A stretch of DNA of 64,000 bases from a virus. Below are positions 59,801 to 64,000 of this stretch, in pieces. Each line of letters opens with the position of its first letter. The first letter of the stretch is position 1. A program made the position numbers and the translations under genes. Under the pieces are notes generated by a model. The model had not been told where the DNA came from. It made no database searches and saw only the letters and a program-made list of their open reading frames with translations. The DNA is taken from IMG/VR virus record IMGVR_UViG_3300023196_003068, positions 1 to 64,000 of that record. One strand, given 5' to 3'.

Positions 59801-61486
59801 CCATTTTAAAGGGTTGCTCATTTCATTAGCAAAAGTAAGTGGATTATACTCTGATCCAAATGGTGTATGTCCTGCATGAAGCATCGCATTGTAATTAGAG
59901 GGCATATTCCCTATCCCCCCACCTGAAATTGAATATTTAGCAGCAGCCATTGGGTTAGTAATAATATCTGTAAATCTTTCCCAACCATCTCTTTCTGGTG
60001 CAGTTTTTACACTTCCTCGATTTGCATCAAAATGAGATTGAGTATCGTAATACTTAGCCAAATCCGCATCACCTATAATAGTACCTTCCTTTGTTAGGCC
60101 TCCAGGATCTTGCCACTTACCACTAGCAATCTGATTACGTGCTATTGCGGCTTTTGAATATTGTTCAGCCATGCCAGAATGTATAGGGTCTGCTTCTAAT
60201 AATGGCGGTGTAATACTTGTTGATTCAGATACAGCTGTATAATCTGAATCTAAATAAGGGTCTTCTCTATTTAAAAGTTTATTCTTTAAATAGGATGAGG
60301 TCTTTGGTTTTTTTACCAAAGGTCTTGAAATACTAGCACCTTTAAGTCTTCCTTTTCCTTTCTTTTTCTTTTCATCCTCTTCGCCCCCATCAGCATATGC
60401 TTTAGGTTCAAACATACCTTCTGATTGGCCGTAACTATTTGTAAGATTATTTTTAACATAGTTAGCGTGCATGTATTTTGTAATAGCATCGCTTAATCCA
60501 TTAGCATATCCCACAGTACTAGACTTATCCAAAGAGCTTTCGTCTGTTTTTCCTCCTGCCTCATATGCCTTAATTCTCTCCCTCTTTATCTTATTGAAGT
60601 CCTTCTTCATTCCACCAAGCATAGCCATTTGCAAACCTTCGGGATGTCCATCTGTACCTAAATTATCTTGCTCATTCTGAACAGCAGTTGCCATTTCTTG
60701 AACCATCGTTTTCTGCTCTTCAGGCTTTGCCTTTTTAAGAGCATCCATAATCTCTTCGGGCTTTACTCCAGATATTTGAGAAAATGCTATAATTAATTGC
60801 TTTAGCTGTTCCTCTTGAGACTCACCGCTTATTGTTTGAGACTCACCGCCTTGTGCCATCATGGGGGGCTGGCCTCCTTGTTGAGGGGGAGCACCTTCCT
60901 GCCCTTGACCACCTTGCATAATTTGTTGCATAACCTGTTGAACTTGTTCTTCGGGCATGCCTAATTGAACTAAAACTTGGGCTACTGCTTCAGGGGGAAC
61001 ACCTTGCTCCATTAAAGCTTGAGCTATCTGCATAGGGTCTGCTCCCTCTTCAGCCATTTGTTGAGCCATCTGCATTACTTGTTGCATTGGATCACCACCA
61101 CCTTGAGGTTGACCCTCTGGAGCTTGGCCTCCATTAGCCATTTCAGAATCAGCCATAACACTTCCATCCGGCATCTGATGATGTCCTTCGGGAACACCCC
61201 CTTCTTGTGGGGGAGGCCCTCCTTCTTGTTGTGCGCCCTGCATAACTTGTTCCATAACTTGCATTACCTGTTCTTCAGGTATACCTAGCTGTGTAAGAAC
61301 TTGAGCCACTATCTCTGGAGGGAGTCCTTGCTGTAGTAAAGTTTGTGCAATTTGCATAGGATCGGCACCTTCTTCTGCCATCTGCTGTGCAGCTTGCATA
61401 ACTTGAGCTAATTGATCCTCTCCACCTTGAGGCTGCCCTTGAGGTGCCTCCATTCCTTCCTGTGCTTTTTTTAACTTTCTTTTCAT
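56837..61486 (-). CDS. mosaic low-complexity virion protein with repeated xxxGG motifs
   Basis: 1549 aa; duplicated Q/M-rich helical unit, internal repeats and an inserted globular domain. Confidence 0.75.
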   Translation of the reverse strand: MKRKLKKAQEGMEAPQGQPQGGEDQLAQVMQAAQQMAEEGADPMQIAQTLLQQGLPPEIVAQVLTQLGIPEEQVMQVMEQVMQGAQQEGGPPPQEGGVPEGHHQMPDGSVMADSEMANGGQAPEGQPQGGGDPMQQVMQMAQQMAEEGADPMQIAQALMEQGVPPEAVAQVLVQLGMPEEQVQQVMQQIMQGGQGQEGAPPQQGGQPPMMAQGGESQTISGESQEEQLKQLIIAFSQISGVKPEEIMDALKKAKPEEQKTMVQEMATAVQNEQDNLGTDGHPEGLQMAMLGGMKKDFNKIKRERIKAYEAGGKTDESSLDKSSTVGYANGLSDAITKYMHANYVKNNLTNSYGQSEGMFEPKAYADGGEEDEKKKKGKGRLKGASISRPLVKKPKTSSYLKNKLLNREDPYLDSDYTAVSESTSITPPLLEADPIHSGMAEQYSKAAIARNQIASGKWQDPGGLTKEGTIIGDADLAKYYDTQSHFDANRGSVKTAPERDGWERFTDIITNPMAAAKYSISGGGIGNMPSNYNAMLHAGHTPFGSEYNPLTFANEMSNPLKWASNADLATKDGDYLTAGLNLIPFLGNIGRGAKTFNQALKGLKPRSLPNPFSGNPLKGFSPKEQKTIAKFLENPGELDARSIDYALKSGKVKQSTIDKFLAAGDDAVKSPKVKQSVVDDFLAGGDDAAKSPKVDQSVIDKFLAKQMKRQALVDDFLVAESKGVSEGVSFSGPMSAHVDDVPEVLEGLKLRGQMWDKTGASGKQLLHKDLIEYHGTYKGRPIVEVKMPDGSSEMFYKSTNWAKKGTGGKWQVYGGHSSTHNNKNWFIKDEGFKEFYGSKTFKEMAENLDDALSSKYGTSKKELDKLLNFKNVQSKADTYTPSEISRLERDLRNDPNIVKKDVGFVDDTRYSPEEKEAIAKFLQPNPSHRIVSPGKKVYGGEIDSYADGGEYDLPMAYEGQEYKHYDPNRGHWSPEDRYGARLSRGEVSPEEQAEYEDYMRRNRNLGSWDPNDVYDIRNQQGYNNNRDQYYRGWNAHGSPRSGGYYNQRWGMQPAANMLGAFSRNSRNSFKGIGDFSDKTFEEFRSAIGKTHEIVSEDPLWKQKRFGRRKGQDKVNIFGNKKQIGTRYNTRLIQRPGDTQDPNKPQDPSNAPEQQMERIPMFDGYLDVPVNNPNVATNSSQEQMVIATTPRGKEQMTASEAEAKEYPHTNVEEVSNVQEQQQQQQQPESRQRRYLGRRGDERRARNAENPMRQGANQAPSSDTRRKIPIGDGFVWADENNQSQLQPGEEYPSGQYVDPAIRQPPSKPGASTMNPKRTNPNSEEALQKALLETNTTMQDYLNNPALADAVDDYINQEASPEGGYSPYDYPNWEPNLEKKYYGGQIYGSPFKWDPKRLKFNSGGEFSDQGGWDFNMDQFTREGLIPFGHQFKGFLDQMNEYRDANSPEAAKQRALENLTRHEKDMDEGYHAYNLRKDIPYKRGANVLPGTGDIGSFNQGQFYNYTGPMNDNWAKYGGLIKGATGMEKGSEHTMTNKQRRLLEKAGYSLTQLH
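59335..59545 (-). repeat. 3 x 63-bp imperfect tandem repeat (KSxKVxQSxxDxFLAxGDDA) plus a partial copy
   Basis: KSGKVKQSTIDKFLAAGDDAV / KSPKVKQSVVDDFLAGGDDAA / KSPKVDQSVIDKFLA. Confidence 0.9.
60905..61440 (-). repeat. two copies of a ~65-aa Q/M-rich unit
   Basis: QVMQxAQQMAEEGADPMQIAQxLxxQGxPPExVAQVLxQLGxPEEQVxQVMxQxMQG occurs twice. Confidence 0.9.
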
Positions 61487-61551
61487 ATCTACTCTCTTAT
61501 ATATAAGATACTGAATTTTATCGAACTTTATTAACTAAAAAATGTTTAGGA

Positions 61552-62814
61552 TTATGTGAGTGTCCAAATACCATCTGCGTTTTGTTTCCATTCTCCTCCT
61601 TGAGAAAAGGGTTCAAATTTTTGAGGAGGAGGGAATGTTTTATTTTGTTTAGCCCAAGCTTCTCTTTCTTTCGTGTTTTTAACTCCTGGATAATCAGCAG
61701 GAACTACAGCTTCGATCCAAGAGTTAGTTTTAGCATCCCAAAACTTAGCCTTACTGTAAAGATCATCCTGGACTATAACACTATTATCTGGAGCTGTAGG
61801 TTTGGCATATATAGGATAAACATCCGTAACTCCCGCAAATTCAGTTCTATATGTATCAGGCTTATATCCTTGAGTATAACGCTTATCATCAAACTCACCC
61901 GATCCTGTGTAGTCTTCCTTTCTGGGGATATATGTATCAGGATTAGTTCCGCCAGGTCCAAGCGGAGAGAAGTCTTCATTGTCCAAATCTTCATACCAAC
62001 CCCATTTGCTATTATAGTTATTTGTTATGTATGTAGGGTTATTTCTGCTCATCTCAACACTATTCTTTATGTCCTCATCTGTAATGTTTGGGTATACAGA
62101 TTTTATGTAATCGTAATCTAATTCGTCCTCGATAAGAGATGTCCAAGGTTTCTTCCATTTACCTCGATTATAATCTTGACTATACCATCTGGAGAAGAAA
62201 TCATCATATATCTTACCTGATTCAAGATACTTAATAGGAACATACTTATTCCATGATTCATCAGGCCTTTCTAAGCTAAACTTATAGTCTTTTCGAGTTA
62301 CAGGAAAATTCCTCAAGCCATGCATACTCACACCTCTATCTCTAAAATATTGTTCGACTTGATCACCAAGACCTTGACTCTCCTCAAAAGAAGATACATA
62401 TCTATTAAATCTAGGGATACTGTAAGATTTTTTGTTGATTTCGGTGCTCAGGTAGGGGAAATTTTCTGGGCGTAAAATGTAATCTTCCCTTTCTTTAGCA
62501 TCAAGGTAATTATCATTTTCGTTAGTATACTCTTTTAATTGTTCTTCATAAGCTTTACGTCTAGGATCGTTCTTGTTTAACTCATCAAATGTGGTAGACC
62601 TAGGTGTTGTTTTCTTTAAATCGGTCTCATCATACTTGTTGATGAATGACTTTTTAAGTTTTCTATCTCTACGTCTTTTACCTTTACCATGCTTCTTGCC
62701 CCCATGAGGATATTTATCCACATCTTGAGTCCAAATACCATCTGCGTTTTGTTTCCATTCTCCTCCGTTAGGATACTTGCATAATGGCGCGAATACTTTT
62801 CTGTTCAAACTCAT
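61552..62814 (-). CDS. hypothetical virion-region protein with terminal direct repeats
   Basis: 420 aa; GGEWKQNADGIWT near both the N- and C-terminus. Confidence 0.75.
   Translation of the reverse strand: MSLNRKVFAPLCKYPNGGEWKQNADGIWTQDVDKYPHGGKKHGKGKRRRDRKLKKSFINKYDETDLKKTTPRSTTFDELNKNDPRRKAYEEQLKEYTNENDNYLDAKEREDYILRPENFPYLSTEINKKSYSIPRFNRYVSSFEESQGLGDQVEQYFRDRGVSMHGLRNFPVTRKDYKFSLERPDESWNKYVPIKYLESGKIYDDFFSRWYSQDYNRGKWKKPWTSLIEDELDYDYIKSVYPNITDEDIKNSVEMSRNNPTYITNNYNSKWGWYEDLDNEDFSPLGPGGTNPDTYIPRKEDYTGSGEFDDKRYTQGYKPDTYRTEFAGVTDVYPIYAKPTAPDNSVIVQDDLYSKAKFWDAKTNSWIEAVVPADYPGVKNTKEREAWAKQNKTFPPPQKFEPFSQGGEWKQNADGIWTLT
61562..61599. repeat. 38-bp perfect direct repeat, copy 1
   Basis: GTCCAAATACCATCTGCGTTTTGTTTCCATTCTCCTCC, identical to 62729-62766. 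Confidence 0.95.
62729..62766. repeat. 38-bp perfect direct repeat, copy 2
   Basis: Identical to 61562-61599. Confidence 0.95.
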
Positions 62815-63998
62815 TATCTTGGGCTTATTTGAACTTTCGTATTAGAAAGCAATAACATCATTTTTTTATTTCCGGATACAGTCCTTCTTAATAATAACCT
62901 TGTGTTATTATGCCTAAACTTTTTACGTTGAAACTCATGCTTGACATAATTTAAGTTATTAGGATTTAAGTCAGTAACATAACCATTAGGTTTTGTATAC
63001 CAAATAGTATTATTTGCAATGCTATATTCACCCCGATCTTTAGTAACATCCCAAAATTGGTTGAATCTATATTTCTGCTCCTCCTTTGAGTAAAGAATAT
63101 CAATATTATTTAATCCTACTATAGGATATTCCACTAAGCTTGATACATTATTCTTTGGCTCAAGATTTAACTTTAACAATCCAGAAACCTGTTCCGAGTT
63201 ATATATTATTGCTTCATCAAAATTGAAATCTAATACATGAAACCTATCCCTACAGTTTTCTGAAAACTCATAAGCCTGCATTAAGTATTCAACATTACGC
63301 AATGTAACAACCGTTGGTGTAGTATCTACCTGAAAGCCCACCTCAAACGGATAGTCTTCCCCATAGAAATTACAATAACTATCGCATCGATCATTATGCC
63401 TCCATATACCATCATCCTTTATAGTAAGGAATGTATTCTTTCCTGACATGTGTAGATTTGGATGCCAATCGTGATGTGAGATATATTCACCAGTATCTGC
63501 ATCAAAACTAACAGTCCATGAAGCATCATCGAAGTATAAAGGATTTCCTATTTGCACATTTGTAATCTGATCGACTACAAAAATACCATTCCCCTTGTAA
63601 ACCATCTTGTTTAACCATTCGGGTTTTGCCCTAAAGTCTCGTTTACAAAAGTAAATAAAGCCCCACTCGTTATCATATATCGTTTGACATCCGACACCGG
63701 AGACAGGATTATCTAATAAATCGTAATCGGGAAAATTAATTAGTATCTGATAAGGCAGGTACTGATTAAACCAATACTTGTTGTGCTTTACTGTTAGCTC
63801 CTGTAGAGCTTTACCAACTTTAAAAACCTTCCCTTGTTCCTGACTTATATAGAATAAACCATGAGGTGTATTTACAGCACCCCTCCTACTTTGACATGAA
63901 CCATATTCTAATTCTTTATCAGTATTTGATATACGTTGCATTTCTCTAGCAAACAAACCTCCATCACCAACTGTTATGGTTGTGCCGCTTTTAAGTTG
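62814..63998 (-). CDS. tail stabilization / tail tubular protein, 5'-partial (runs off the window)
   Basis: Frame is open to the window edge (QLKSGTTITVGDGGLF); beta-rich; YGSCQS, WTVSF...ISHHDWHP, FDEAIIYNSEQVSG resemble crAss-like tail proteins. Confidence 0.65.
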   Translation of the reverse strand, partial: QLKSGTTITVGDGGLFAREMQRISNTDKELEYGSCQSRRGAVNTPHGLFYISQEQGKVFKVGKALQELTVKHNKYWFNQYLPYQILINFPDYDLLDNPVSGVGCQTIYDNEWGFIYFCKRDFRAKPEWLNKMVYKGNGIFVVDQITNVQIGNPLYFDDASWTVSFDADTGEYISHHDWHPNLHMSGKNTFLTIKDDGIWRHNDRCDSYCNFYGEDYPFEVGFQVDTTPTVVTLRNVEYLMQAYEFSENCRDRFHVLDFNFDEAIIYNSEQVSGLLKLNLEPKNNVSSLVEYPIVGLNNIDILYSKEEQKYRFNQFWDVTKDRGEYSIANNTIWYTKPNGYVTDLNPNNLNYVKHEFQRKKFRHNNTRLLLRRTVSGNKKMMLLLSNTKVQISPR

Positions 63999-64000
63999 TA

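Noticed and set aside
23374-62121. Many short ORFs opposite or inside the giant late genes (e.g. 30141-30584, 52540-52986, 61582-62121)
   Set aside because: They are shadow frames of long real genes, with S/F/L/I-rich antisense composition and no motifs
61562-62766. IS element, att sites or DGR template/variable repeat pair
   Set aside because: No transposase, integrase or reverse transcriptase in the window, and the copies are identical with no adenine-specific mismatches
23093-64000. Stop-codon reassignment (TAG or TGA recoding, known in some crAss-like phages)
   Set aside because: Giant ORFs read through under code 11 with near-complete coding density, and TAG and TGA end genes at tight junctions in the early block

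Overview
This window is part of an AT-rich lytic phage genome of the crAss-like (Crassvirales) type, and the host is probably a Bacteroidota. Genes lack Shine-Dalgarno motifs, a TTTG-N19-TAnnTTTG promoter is present, and the standard genetic code reads through. There are two convergent blocks. The + strand block (about 1-23,096) covers replication, recombination and host takeover: a DnaA-domain-IV protein, Dda/RecD-like helicase, degenerate uracil-DNA glycosylase, DnaB-like helicase, Sak4-like ATPase, SSB, primase, VWA/metallopeptidase plus AAA pair, PD-(D/E)XK exonuclease, family B DNA polymerase, WGR-fused ligase, Mom-like acetyltransferase and many small ORFs. The - strand block (about 23,093-64,000) is the virion/cargo operon, with a 4,597-aa virion RNA polymerase flanked by 2,169-aa and 1,966-aa cargo proteins, four further virion-type proteins and a 5'-truncated tail protein. 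Five observations stand out. (1) The virion RNAP carries a C-terminal tail of about 1,200 aa that looks like a string of counter-defence enzymes (SLOG-like, DUF4326-like, NADAR, permuted SLOG, AlkB-like dioxygenase). (2) A recurring xxxGG motif punctuates three adjacent virion proteins. (3) One of those genes is bracketed by a perfect 38-bp direct repeat that encodes this motif. (4) An unrecognised domain of about 75 aa is shared by two different virion proteins. (5) A four-way-junction RNA candidate lies at about 17.7-17.8 kb. All calls come from reading motifs by eye; no database search was run.
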